Positions 43,793 to 54,545 of a stretch of DNA of 64,000 nt are shown here, in pieces. Every line of letters begins with the position of its first letter. The first letter of the stretch is position 1. Position numbers and translations under genes: made by a program. The stretch comes from Bdellovibrionales bacterium (GTDB lineage: Bacteria; Bdellovibrionota; Bdellovibrionia; Bdellovibrionales; JAUICD01), in the NCBI GenBank assembly GCA_965203275.1, contig OZ241865.1:2432001-2496000 (forward strand). The letters run 5' to 3'. The notes beneath the pieces were generated by a model. That model saw nothing but the letters and a program-made list of their open reading frames with translations. It was not told the DNA's origin and did no database searches.

Positions 43793-45672
43793 ACTTGACT
43801 TTTTTTTAACTTTATAAGTCAGGAGATCATACTTTATTTATAAACTACAACTCCGGGGAGTGGCACAGTCTGGTAGCGTATCTGGTTTGGGACCAGAGGG
43901 CCACTTGACTTTTTTTAACTTTATAAGCGGGATATTCATACTTTATTTATAAATAAGTATTTGATAAAATAAACACAATGGTTAAAGTTAAAAAAAGTCG
44001 GTTTTTTATTACAGAGATCAATTAAATGATCCTCGAAAAATACAGTATCCATAATTTATATTTGGAGCGATTATATTGTTGTTATATTCACAACTCCGGG
44101 GAGTGGCGCAGTCTGGTAGCGTATCTGGTTTGGGACCAGAGGGCCACTTGACTTTTTTTAACTTTATAAGCGGGATATTCATACTTTATTTATAAACTAC
44201 GGGGACGGGGAGTGGCGCAGTCTGGTAGCGTATCTGGTTTGGGACCAGAGGGCCACTTGACTTTTTTTAACTTTATAAGCCAGAAGATCATACTTTATTT
44301 ATAAATAAATATTTGTTAAAATAAACACAATAGCATATCTTGTTTCCTTAACATGTAGTTAAGAGACGAGAGGATCCTCCTTACTAAAAGTAAACGGACT
44401 TTTGAGACATTGCTCTTTTTAGACAGCGTAAGCTGTCAGAGCAATGTCCAAAAGTAGCCAGAGGCTAGTTTACTTTTAGTGAAAAAAAAGACGGCTAGTT
44501 TATTTTTAGTGAAATAAAACCCTTAACATGGCGTTTATCTGGGATCCGGGATCTGGCAATCGGGCAAACTGGCATCAGGCAGGGATAAAGCGAACTTCTT
44601 GTTTCCTTAACATGGTGTTAAGAGACGAGGGGATCCTTTCTACTAAAAGTAAACGGACTTTTGAGGCATTGCTCTTTTTAGACAGCGTAAGCTGTCAGAG
44701 CAATGTCCAAAAGTAGCCAGAGGCTAGTTTACTTTTAGTGAAATAAAACCCCTAACATGGTGTTTATCCGGGATCCGGGATCCGGCAACCCGGCATCAGG
44801 CGGGGATAAAGCGAACTTCTTGTTTCCTTAACATGGTGTAAAGAAGCAAGGAGATCCGCCCTACTCAAAGTGAACAGGCTTTTGAGGCAATGACCATTTT
44901 GTCAAAGGCGTAAGAAAGTGAAATAAATAGCTTGTTTCCTTAACATGGTGTAAAAAGACGAAGAGATCCTCCTTACTAAAAGTAAACGGACTTTTGAGAC
45001 ATTGCTCTTTTTAGACAGCGTAAGCTGTCAGAGCAATGTCCAAAAGTAGCCAGAGGCTAGTTTACTTTTAGTGAAAAAAAAGTCGGTTTTTAATATAGAG
45101 AAAAATTAAATAATCCTCGAAAAATACAGCATCCATAATTTATATTTGGAGCGATTACATTGTTGTTATATTCACAGCTCCGGGGAGTGGCACAGTCTGG
45201 TAGCGTATCTGGTTTGGGACCAGAGGGCCACTTGACTTTTTTTAACTTTATAAGCGGGATATTCATACTTTATTTATAAATAAGTATTTGATAAAATAAA
45301 CACAATGGTTAAAGTTAAAAAAAGTCGGTTTTTTATTACAGAGATCAATTAAATGATCCTCGAAAAATACAGTATCCATAATTTATATTTGGAGCGATTA
45401 TATTGTTGTTATATTCACAACTCCGGGGAGTGGCGCAGTCTGGTAGCGTATCTGGTTTGGGACCAGAGGGCCACTTGACTTTTTTTTAACTTTATAAGCG
45501 GGATATTCATACTTTATTTATAAATAAATATTTGATAAAATAAACACAATGGTTAAAGTTAAAAAAAAGTCGGTTTTTAATATAGGAAGCAATTAAATAA
45601 TCCTCGAAAAATAAAACCTCAATAATCTATATTGAGGGTATTATTTTAAATCTATATTTACATATCCGGGGA
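43793..45672 (+). repeat. Tandem array containing five 47-nt 5' fragments of tRNA-Pro
   Basis: Fragments at 43854, 44097, 44206, 45181 and 45424, all ending ...GACCAGAGGG|CCACTTGACT-T-run; basic period 243 bp. Confidence 0.95.
44332..45073. repeat. Structured repeat cluster inserted in the tRNA-fragment array
   Basis: Three full family-1 units, one partial unit and GGATCC modules; replaces GGTTAAAGTT seen in sister units. Confidence 0.92.
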
Positions 45673-45749
<77 letters not shown>

Positions 45750-45995
45750 TTTTTCCTTCCAATCCCAAATAATCTCAAAATATCAATGCCCACATAATCA
45801 TATTTGTTTGACTTGCCTTAAAGGTTATTCTATGGCATAGTAAAGGGCGTTAAAAATATGGAAATCTAAACTTATTTATTATAAACAATAATATCATGGT
45901 TTATATGAAACAAAAAAATAAAAAAATATAGAATATTTGACTTTTTAATTTGTCTGGCATAAAAGTAAAATCAGTGGGCAACGGGGGTATTCATT

Positions 45996-46502
45996 ATGGA
46001 CAAAATAGATTGGATTAAGGACCTTGTCAATGCCGAACGTAAGATTGAAGAAACTGGCATGGTGGATATGTCAATAGGTCTTGATGATGGCCATCTGAAA
46101 AAAGAAACTATAAAATTTCTACTAGATATAAAAAGTTTATTTATTGATTCTGCCTCTGTTTTTAATCAAATGAGAGGACTCAACGTAGGAGGTGTGAAAA
46201 TCTATGGTATATCTAACACAGAAGCCGATTTTATGCTTTTTCGTAACGGCTATAAATTGCTTTTTGCTATGAAACAACCAGGGAAAATTCAAATTCGCTT
46301 TGCCTACCAAGGAGCAAGTATTTTACCTAAAACCTCTCAAGAAGGTGAACCTAAGTTAGAAGATTCCAATAATGAAGATATTTTAGAGGCCCAATGGGGC
46401 TGTTTTGGTCAATTGCAATGGCTACACCGTAGCCACCCTATTGACATATCTTACTTGGTCAGATATTATCTTAGCCGGTTTATTAAAGAAAGCACAAAAT
46501 AA
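45996..46502 (+). CDS. Hypothetical protein
   Basis: 168-aa ORF with G-rich SD; no function recognised. Confidence 0.75.
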   Translation: MDKIDWIKDLVNAERKIEETGMVDMSIGLDDGHLKKETIKFLLDIKSLFIDSASVFNQMRGLNVGGVKIYGISNTEADFMLFRNGYKLLFAMKQPGKIQIRFAYQGASILPKTSQEGEPKLEDSNNEDILEAQWGCFGQLQWLHRSHPIDISYLVRYYLSRFIKESTK

Positions 46503-46609
46503 GAGCCATAATTGGCTTGACTTTTTAAAGTGAATAGTGTTAAAATTAAAATAAAGCACTGTTTATACACAAATATTGAATTTTTTAATAATGTAACAAG
46601 AAAAACAAT

Positions 46610-46686
<77 letters not shown>

Positions 46687-46729
46687 ACTTTAAATCTGTA
46701 AAAATCACATAAACATAAATCATCAAACA

Positions 46730-46795
46730 ATCCGGGATCTGGCAAGCCGGCGTCAGGCAGACAGGCAGAGATAAAGTGAAAATCTTATTTCCTTA
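46730..46795. repeat. GGATCC-type repeat module after tRNA-fMet
   Basis: CCGGGATCTGGCAAGCCGGC...CAGGCAGA matches modules at ~18460, ~44545 and ~44770. Confidence 0.7.
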
Positions 46796-46841
46796 TAAAT
46801 AAAAATCCAAATTAAAAACCAGAATGCAGTATGTCAAATTT

Positions 46842-47963
46842 TTATTTTAAAGAAGGGCCTTTGTAGATAGCTCTTGGACGATAAAGGCGATTATTGGTGT
46901 ACTGCTCTAAAATATGAGCTAACCAACCACTCATCCGAGCAAAAGCAAAAATAGGCGTGTACAAATCAAGTGGGATCTTCATATAATAATAAACAGAAGC
47001 AGAATAGAAATCTACGTTAGGTAATAGACCTTTCTCTTTTGAAACAATACTCTCAATAGTTTCAGAAATCTCAAACCAAGGAGGTTCACCATTAGACAAT
47101 ATCTCTTGTGATAACTTCTGGCTCATCTTTTTTAAAATTTTAGCCCTTGGATCTCCATTCTTATAAACTCTGTGTCCAAAACCCATAATTTTTTGCTTTT
47201 GAGATAAAGCATCTTTAATCCACTTCTTAGCTTCTTCTGATGACTCAATAGATTTGAGCATTCGCATAACTTGTTCATTGGCTCCACCATGCAAAGGCCC
47301 CTTTAATGTACCAATAGCTGTCACAATAGCAGAATATATATCACTTAAAGAGGAAGCTGTGACACGGGCAGCAAAACTTGAACAATTTAACTCATGGTCT
47401 GCATGCAAAATCAAACATTTGTCAAATATATCTACCATTGCTTGATCCGGCTCCTCACCTTTTAAAGTATACAAAAAATTCCAAGCAAGACTCTGATGAG
47501 GTTGAGCAGATATGACTTCATGACCATTTCTGATCCTTTCAAGAGCAGCTACCAATAAACCAATTTGAGCTACTAGCAAATAAGCTTTATTCCATAGGTG
47601 ATCCTCAGACCTGTTATCAGCATGGCTATCTGTTAAAGCTAAAAGAGACACAGCACTCCTTAACCAAGCCATAGGATGTACACCCTTATAGGGTAGCTGC
47701 TTTAAAAGAGTTACAAAATGAGGTGAGATCTGCATATAAGTAGATATTTTTTCTTTAAATTGCTTTTTCTCCTCAATAGAAGGCAATTGACTATACCAGA
47801 GTAAATAAATAACCTCTTCAAATGTGTAAGACTTTGCAAGGTCTTCTATCTTATGACCCCTATAGGCAAGCGTTGAATTTATAATAGAAGAAATATGTGT
47901 TGTGCAAGCTACGACCCCCTCTAATCCCCGATCCACTGCCTTGTCATAATATTGTATGGACAT
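46842..47963 (-). CDS. Citrate synthase (short type; 2-methylcitrate synthase not excluded)
   Basis: LHADHELN, GPLHGGAN, GFGHRVYK, PNVDFYS. Confidence 0.93.
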   Translation of the reverse strand: MSIQYYDKAVDRGLEGVVACTTHISSIINSTLAYRGHKIEDLAKSYTFEEVIYLLWYSQLPSIEEKKQFKEKISTYMQISPHFVTLLKQLPYKGVHPMAWLRSAVSLLALTDSHADNRSEDHLWNKAYLLVAQIGLLVAALERIRNGHEVISAQPHQSLAWNFLYTLKGEEPDQAMVDIFDKCLILHADHELNCSSFAARVTASSLSDIYSAIVTAIGTLKGPLHGGANEQVMRMLKSIESSEEAKKWIKDALSQKQKIMGFGHRVYKNGDPRAKILKKMSQKLSQEILSNGEPPWFEISETIESIVSKEKGLLPNVDFYSASVYYYMKIPLDLYTPIFAFARMSGWLAHILEQYTNNRLYRPRAIYKGPSLK

Positions 47964-48385
47964 TTTTTCTCCTTTATATGTTGAATATGAATAGACTTAA
48001 CCTATCTTAACACAGTATTTTCATCACAGTCTTAAAAGAAAACTTATCAAATAACCACCTCACTCTAACGTGCCATGGCATTTGTATTGTCGATCCTGAC
48101 TTTGATAGTTTGATTTTCAAAATTGTATGGATGATTTCTGTAAACTATGAGCTTTCTTATAAAAATATATTTTAATTGTGACAAATTGTCAAAGTGAAAT
48201 GTATCAAAATAAAACAAATTATACTCAAAATCTGGCATACAAATATTTTTTTAAAAAAAAATCAAATAAACTATTAAATCTTTGGTCGAGTCTGCCGTAA
48301 AGAAAGAAAGAAGGTAAAAGTATTTACATTTTTTTAATGAGTGCAAACAATGAGAACTATTTAACAAAAAACAAAGGAGCATATA

Positions 48386-48703
48386 ATGAATATTACATCA
48401 GTTAAGATTTTTCCAATAAACGAAGAGAAACTTAAAGCTTATGTCACCATTGTGATCGAAGACTCTTTGGTCATTCATGACATTAAAGTTATTGTGGGCA
48501 AAGCAGGAAGGTTCTTTGTAGCTATGCCTAGTAAAAAATGCAAAAATGGAACATTCCGAGATATTGCCCACCCTCTTAACCAAGATATCAGGGCTTATTT
48601 AGAACAAAAAATCCTTGAAACTTATAATTCAAAGGTGAAATACTTAAACAGCCATATAAGAGAAAAACAAACTTATTATGAATCTATGAAAAAATCAGGC
48701 TAA
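48386..48703 (+). CDS. spoVG: SpoVG family protein
   Basis: IHDIKVI, FVAMPSKK, FRDIAHP. Confidence 0.93.
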   Translation: MNITSVKIFPINEEKLKAYVTIVIEDSLVIHDIKVIVGKAGRFFVAMPSKKCKNGTFRDIAHPLNQDIRAYLEQKILETYNSKVKYLNSHIREKQTYYESMKKSG

Positions 48704-48760
48704 AGCTTAATATTTCTACTCGTTTAAATAATAGCAACTTGTAGTGTAGAAAGATAATAT

Positions 48761-49708
48761 ATGAACACATTAGAAAAGCACATAGCTTCTCAAATTTGCA
48801 ATGCTGGTTTAAAATCAGCAAAGCTTTTGTTAGCAGTCTCTGGTGGCCGAGATTCTATGACTCTGTTAAATAGTATGCTTCAAATAGCTCCCTTATTTAG
48901 ACTATCTCTTTACGTAGGGCATTTTCATCACGGTCGAAAAAATGAATCTACAAAAATACTCAAATTTAGAGATCAAGCTCTAAAACTTATCGAAAAAAAA
49001 TGCACAGACACACATCTTCCGCTTTATTTTGAAATACATCAAGGCCAACGCCTCAAGTCAGAAGATGAATCAAGGAAGCTTAGATGGGCATTTTTAAAAA
49101 AAATATATCAACAATTACATTGTCAAGCTATTGTAACTGCACACCATAGAGATGACCTTTTAGAAACTCGACTTTTAAGATTGATCAGAGGAGTTGGTCA
49201 GCAAGGTCTTCCATCTATGAGTGTTTTTCATCAAAGTAAAATAACTATTTTTCGTCCATTGCTTTGTATTCCTCAAAAAACCCTTTACCAAGCCTACATA
49301 GAACCTATTGAGTACATAGAGGATCCTAGCAATCAATCTGACGCTATTTTACGTAACTGGATACGACATCACTGGTTATCTGATTTAGAGAAGCAATCTC
49401 CTGGAGCTACTCAAGCTTTATCACGCTCTTTAGACTTATTAAGTCAGCAAGATAGCTTTACTCTGAAAATAGAAAATTATCTTGATTCCAAGGGTATAAA
49501 AAGAAAAGAGTTAGAAAGTCTATCACCCCAACAAAAACGCCAGGTGATTGCAACTTATCTTTGTCAGAAAAATATAGCTCATTACACCTCATCTCATATT
49601 TTTGAGATTCAAAAACGTCTTCAAACTCCTCAGAAAAAATTTGAGTTTTGGCTCCTCAAACATCGATGGATTGTCACTCCTTTTTATATTTCTCTGTTAG
49701 AAAAATAA
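48761..49708 (+). CDS. tilS: tRNA(Ile)-lysidine synthetase
   Basis: AVSGGRDSM, TAHHRDDLLET, RPLL, EDPSN, RNWIRH. Confidence 0.93.
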   Translation: MNTLEKHIASQICNAGLKSAKLLLAVSGGRDSMTLLNSMLQIAPLFRLSLYVGHFHHGRKNESTKILKFRDQALKLIEKKCTDTHLPLYFEIHQGQRLKSEDESRKLRWAFLKKIYQQLHCQAIVTAHHRDDLLETRLLRLIRGVGQQGLPSMSVFHQSKITIFRPLLCIPQKTLYQAYIEPIEYIEDPSNQSDAILRNWIRHHWLSDLEKQSPGATQALSRSLDLLSQQDSFTLKIENYLDSKGIKRKELESLSPQQKRQVIATYLCQKNIAHYTSSHIFEIQKRLQTPQKKFEFWLLKHRWIVTPFYISLLEK

Positions 49709-50856
49709 ACAAATAAGGCTGTTAGAGAGGTATTAGCTAATGCCCAGGGCAACATAGTTTTCCAACCAAAATCCATCAAACGATCATACCGGAAACGAGG
49801 TAATGTCCATCTGACTAGTATAAAAATCCATACTAAAAATGCTGTCTTTAAAAGTAAAATAATATGAAAAAATAATGCAGTGACAATATTTGTATATGTG
49901 ATATTTTCAATATTCATATTAGCTAAATGACCAGCAGCAAAAGTATGAAATGAATCTTCTGTCACAAAAGGAACATTCCAGCCACCTAAAAATAACAAAG
50001 TGAAAAGCAAGCTAGCTACCATGATGTGGCCATATTCTCCCATAAAAAATATCAACATTTTAAAACCACCATATTCTGTGTGAAAACCTGCTACAAGCTC
50101 TGCCTCTGTTTCTGGAAGATCAAATGGCAATCGATTTGATTCTGCAAAAGCTGCCACTAAAAATAAAATAGCTCCAAGAGGTTGAAAAAAAATACCCCAG
50201 TTAGGTAAAAGCCCAATAGTCGTTTGAAGTCCAAATATGTTGATCAAAAGAGGCCCTTGTTGGTAAGCAACCATTTCCAATAGATCAAAGGTAGCATAAA
50301 AAATTAAAGCCCCTACGATAGAAAGCCCAAGTGCTAATTCGTAACTGATCATTTGAGCTGAAGCCCTTAATGCCCCTAACAAAGAATACTTATTGCCAGA
50401 AGCAAAACCTGCAATTAAAAGTCCATAAGCCCCCAATGAGCTGACACCTAAAATATAAATAATGCCAATATCGATACTGATACCACGAAAATCAAAAATG
50501 TAAGGACCCCAAGATTGACCTAACCATTCGAAAGCATTAACTTGAACAGGAATAGATAAAGGTAAGGCAGTAAAGGCCAAAGCAGCAGGAATAAGAGCTA
50601 AAACAGGAGCCAATAAAAAAAGTGGTTTAATTGCATTTTTAGGCACAAAAGATTCTTTAAAAATGAATTTAACAGCATCAGCTAAAAGCTGTGTCAACCC
50701 TAAAGGTCCAACCCTGTTAGGTCCAAGTCGGTTTTGAATAAGAGCAGAACCACGTCTTTCTACCCATACCAAGATGGGTACAGCTTGAATCATCATCATA
50801 AAAATGACAAGCAACTTAAGTGTGTTAATTGTCACTTCAAATAGATCTTGTCCCAT
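49684..50856 (-). CDS. nuoH: NADH-quinone oxidoreductase subunit H
   Basis: RLGPNRVGP, AESNRLPFDLPE, LPRFRYD. Confidence 0.97.
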   Translation of the reverse strand: MGQDLFEVTINTLKLLVIFMMMIQAVPILVWVERRGSALIQNRLGPNRVGPLGLTQLLADAVKFIFKESFVPKNAIKPLFLLAPVLALIPAALAFTALPLSIPVQVNAFEWLGQSWGPYIFDFRGISIDIGIIYILGVSSLGAYGLLIAGFASGNKYSLLGALRASAQMISYELALGLSIVGALIFYATFDLLEMVAYQQGPLLINIFGLQTTIGLLPNWGIFFQPLGAILFLVAAFAESNRLPFDLPETEAELVAGFHTEYGGFKMLIFFMGEYGHIMVASLLFTLLFLGGWNVPFVTEDSFHTFAAGHLANMNIENITYTNIVTALFFHIILLLKTAFLVWIFILVRWTLPRFRYDRLMDFGWKTMLPWALANTSLTALFVYFSNREI

Positions 50857-50890
50857 GAAATGGTCCTTTTGACGTTTTAAGTTTTAAAAA

Positions 50891-51280
50891 TCAATCCCAT
50901 TCTAATCCACCTGTTTTCCATTCATAAATAAGTCCATAAACAAGGATACCTATAAAGAAGGCCATGGATAAGAGGAGAAAACCACCAAACTCCTTGATAT
51001 TTTCAATAAAGATGAGAGTCCATGGGTAGAGGAATACAATTTCAATATCAAAAAGAAGAAAAGAAATAGCTATTAAATAAAACTTGATAGGTGTTTTGGT
51101 TGTTTGAGAATCTTCTCCTACAATACCACATTCGTATGGTGTGTGTTTGACGTCTGTACGCTGGGGAGAGTCTTGAGGTTTCTCTCCGACAAGTGAAACA
51201 AAAAAAATCAATCCCCCAGCAAAAACAAAAGAAACAATTAGTAAAATAAAGATAGGTACAATTTGTTCAATCATACTCAT
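50891..51280 (-). CDS. nuoA: NADH-quinone oxidoreductase subunit A
   Basis: PYECG, FLLFDIEIVFLYPW, YEWKTGGLEW. Confidence 0.96.
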   Translation of the reverse strand: MSMIEQIVPIFILLIVSFVFAGGLIFFVSLVGEKPQDSPQRTDVKHTPYECGIVGEDSQTTKTPIKFYLIAISFLLFDIEIVFLYPWTLIFIENIKEFGGFLLLSMAFFIGILVYGLIYEWKTGGLEWD

Positions 51281-51325
51281 ATAATATGTAAAATAAACTC
51301 TATAAGCAAGCGGCTTTTTTCACTG

Positions 51326-52560
51326 TTTCACTAAAAGTAAACCAGCCTCTGGCTGTTTTTGGGCAATCAGCCCGACGGCTCTCGCCGTCGATCAAAGGCT
51401 GATTGCCTCAAAAATCCGTTTACTTTTAGTAAGGAGGATCCTCTCGTCTCTTTACACGATGTTAGGGAAAAAGAGTTCTTTCTGATGCCGGATTGCCCGA
51501 TCCCGGATCCCAGATCCCGGATTGTTTCACTAAAAATAAACCAGCCTCTGGCTGTTTTTGGGCAATCAGCCCGACGGCTACCGCCGTCGATCAAAGGCTG
51601 GCTATCTCAAAAGTCCGTTTACTTTTAGTAGGGAGGATCTCCTCTTTTCTTAACACCATGTTAAGGAAACAAGCTATTTATTGCATTTTCTTTCGCCATT
51701 GACAAAATAGTCATTGCCTCATTTGATTTTCACTCAAAGTAAACTGACCTCTGGTCACTTTTGGATAGCCAGCCCGACGGCTACCGCCGTCGATCAAAGG
51801 CTGGCTATCTCAAAAGTCCGTTTACTTTTAGTAGGGGAGGATCCTCTCGTCTCTTGACAACATGTTAAGGAAACAAGATGTTTATTCACTTTCTTTCGCC
51901 ATTGACAAAATAGTCATTGCCTCATTTGATTTTCACTCAAAGTGAACTGACCTCTGGCTACTTTTGGGCAATGACCGCAAAGGCTTTCGCCTTTGACAAA
52001 ATAGTCATTGCCTCAAAAGCCTGTTCACTTTTAGTAGGAAGGATCCATTCCTCTTTTAACACGATGTTAAGGAAACAAGATGTTCGTCGCTTTTTGTTTT
52101 TTTATTTTTCTTAGATTCTGCGTAACTTTCAAAAAAAATGAAGAATATTATGAGTGGGAGGCGGGGGCAGGCTGAAGATCTTCCGCAGACCCGCTTGCTC
52201 TCCAAGAGCAAGCGAAGGTTGAGGACTTCGGAAGCCTGACCCCGCATTCCACTCATACATAAATAAGATAAAAAAGCAGAATCGAAGGGCGGGGGGTGGG
52301 GTTAGGGATAATTCTTTTGTTTCCCTAAAATTGAACTGACCTCTGGTCACTTTCTGGCGATGACCACTAGTTTGTCTCACTAAAAGTAAACCAACCTCTG
52401 GTTGCTTTTGGACATTGCTCTGACAGCTATCGCTGTCTAAAAAGAGCAATGCCTCAAAAATCTATGCATTTTGAGTAGGGGAGGATCTCCTCGTCTCTTA
52501 ACTACATGTTAAGGAAAAAGATTTCCTTCTGATGCCGGTTTGCCGGATCCCGGATCCCAG
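51326..52560. repeat. Large mosaic cluster of structured repeats
   Basis: At least five family-1 units, a family-2 unit (52114-52283, reverse) and GGATCC modules. Confidence 0.93.
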
Positions 52561-52624
52561 ATAAACAACGTGTTGAAAAAAAGTAGGAATATATATTCCT
52601 AATAATGCAGTTATTAAAGTAAGT

Positions 52625-52822
52625 TTATTTACAGATTTGGTGAACTTCTTCTTCTGACAAGCCAGTGATTTCACAAACTTCTTGAATAGTCATGTTTTTC
52701 TCAATAAGTTTAAGAGCTACCTCCTGTCGGCCTTCCTGTCGCCCTTTTTGTAACCCTTCTTGCAAACCTTTTTGCAATCCTTCCTGTAATAATCTTTCTC
52801 TTGTGATCTGTAATGGTGGCAT
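52625..52822 (-). CDS. Rpn/YhgA-family C-terminal domain, stand-alone (65 aa from internal ATG)
   Basis: (E/K)G(L/R)Q repeats then IQEVCEITGLS tail typical of Rpn proteins; AAGGAGG 9 nt before ATG 52822; upstream coding sequence cut off by a repeat. Confidence 0.65.
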   Translation of the reverse strand: MPPLQITRERLLQEGLQKGLQEGLQKGRQEGRQEVALKLIEKNMTIQEVCEITGLSEEEVHQICK

Positions 52823-52905
52823 TGTTCTTTCCTCCTTTGATATGTGTTTTTCTTCTATTTTTTGCAATACTTCCAAGGTAAAACTAGGATCATAAATCCT
52901 GTCTC

Positions 52906-53012
52906 TTTCACTAAAAGTGGTCAAACTTTCTAGGTTGCCAGCACTTGAGAAGGCGAATAGCCTTCGGCTGGCAACCAGAAAGTGACCAGAGGTCAGACCA
53001 CTTTTAGTGAAA
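52906..53012. repeat. Family-1 repeat unit between Rpn remnant and pilin pseudogene
   Basis: TTTCACTAAAAGTGGTC...GACCACTTTTAGTGAAA. Confidence 0.9.
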
Positions 53013-53017
53013 AATGA

Positions 53018-53710
53018 ATTGAATTAATGGTCGTCGTGACTATTATTGGAATCTTAGTAGCTTTGGCTATTCCAAATTATAATAGGTTCAGGGCTTAGGG
53101 CTATGCAAAGTGAAGCAAAGGCTGTCTTAGGCGGTATATATGGAAATCAAGTCTCTTTTATTAATGAGTGGGGCCTTGGCACTGCTAATCTTGGGCAACT
53201 TAGTTTTGATCAAGAGGGAGAGGCAAGGTATATCGTGGGGTGGCATGAGACAGATCAAATTGCTCATCCGTCTGCTAGGAATATAAACATAGAAGCAGGG
53301 ACGAAGCCATCGGGTTATAGGGGGGCCTTATGCTAGCAATGCAAAAGCTGTGAATACTCAAGAATTGGGGGGGACAGTTTATCTCAGGTGCTACAGATGC
53401 TCTTAATGGTGCAACTCCTGAATTGCCAGTTCAGTCTACTTGTGAACTTGGTACTTCTGTAGGTACAGGTTGTGGTTGCACTATGAACCAGAACGCACAA
53501 GGCATCTCTACTGGCTGTACGGACGTAAACCCAGTTGCTTGTACAACTCATGGTGGCTGTACATTGGAAAGAGGCGGTATCAATAACGCTAACCTGCACA
53601 ATATAGAGTTTACTATTGGAGCAATTGGAAATATTGGCGGACAGGCATTTGATCAATGGACTATGGGGCAAAACAAAGAGTTAAGCAATACTATCAATGG
53701 CATTGAGTAA
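53018..53710 (+). pseudogene. Type IV pilin pseudogene/silent copy (no leader; three +1 frameshifts)
   Basis: IELMVVVTIIGILVALAIPNY...QSEAKA...FINEWG...FTIGAIG...DQWTM; shifts at ~53091-53096, G6 53320-53325 and G7 53367-53373. Confidence 0.88.
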
Positions 53711-53727
53711 GCCTATTAATTCAATCA

Positions 53728-53762
53728 GAGAGCTATGGGGTTATGAGGCTCATAGCTCTTTA
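53728..53762 (+). terminator. Hairpin after pilin pseudogene
   Basis: AGAGCTATG...CATAGCTCT stem followed by Ts. Confidence 0.55.
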
Positions 53763-53764
53763 CT

Positions 53765-54274
53765 TTGGAGTCTATGATCATGCCTAGAAGGATAATTAAG
53801 TATCTAGCAACACCAAGAAAGCTTCTCTACCTTTATGGGTTGTTAGCAGTGTCTTGGATTATTTCAGGATACTTTATTTTTGAGAATTTTTACCTTGATG
53901 CTAAAGCTAAGTCAGAGAGAGATATAGAAAAGAATGAGTTATCTCTTGATGAAAAATTGCAAGCAGATATTGAAGCCGGTCGATTGGTTTACGATGAGCT
54001 GTTTGATCCTAATGAGGTCGTCCGACAGCAAAGGATAGGTCAGACTGAGATCTTTATCAATATGTGTGATAGTGCTACTTGTAAGGTAGTCAGTGGCTTA
54101 GAACCCACACTTGATCTTTGCAATGGGGAGCTGTCAACATCAAGGAAGTTTTATAAGTATAGGGTTTATTCTTGCAGGTTAGAGGTAAGTGTAGCTAATG
54201 ATCAACCAATGGAATGTGACCCTGTGACTTGGAATGAGCTAAAAGGCTTTTGTGACAAGTTAAACAATACATAA
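53765..54274 (+). CDS. Hypothetical membrane-anchored Cys-rich protein
   Basis: TM helix followed by a domain with six Cys; start uncertain. Confidence 0.6.
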   Translation: MESMIMPRRIIKYLATPRKLLYLYGLLAVSWIISGYFIFENFYLDAKAKSERDIEKNELSLDEKLQADIEAGRLVYDELFDPNEVVRQQRIGQTEIFINMCDSATCKVVSGLEPTLDLCNGELSTSRKFYKYRVYSCRLEVSVANDQPMECDPVTWNELKGFCDKLNNT

Positions 54275-54289
54275 TCCATTAATTTAGTG

Positions 54290-54331
54290 GGGCTGTGGGA
54301 TTGACGTACCTCTCTCACAGCCCTTTATTTT
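54290..54331 (+). terminator. Intrinsic terminator
   Basis: GGGCTGTG...CACAGCCC stem followed by TTTATTTT. Confidence 0.7.
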
Positions 54332-54545
54332 AACTTTTAAACTTTCATTACTTAGCATAGATAGGAGCTTCACTACTCTTCACTTTTTATTTTAAGTTGA
54401 CTAAAGATATCTAAACTTTCTATCACAATTATTAAAAAAATAACTTGACATTAGCTTTATATTATGGTATTCTATATTTAACGAGTCAACAATTTTATGC
54501 AACTCTACTAAGGCTTATAGTTTTAGCAAAGGTGATTTAAAAAGT

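Noticed and set aside
43854..45470. tRNA-fragment array as a CRISPR array or prophage att sites
   Set aside because: The spacers are themselves repeated rather than unique, and no cas, integrase or phage genes lie between the fragments
49684..49708. Convergent overlap of tilS and nuoH
   Set aside because: Short 3' overlaps are common; no further signal
51359..52449. Several short ORFs here, plus 29823-30023, 44528-44716 and 58693-58881
   Set aside because: Largely or entirely within palindromic repeat clusters; chance open frames
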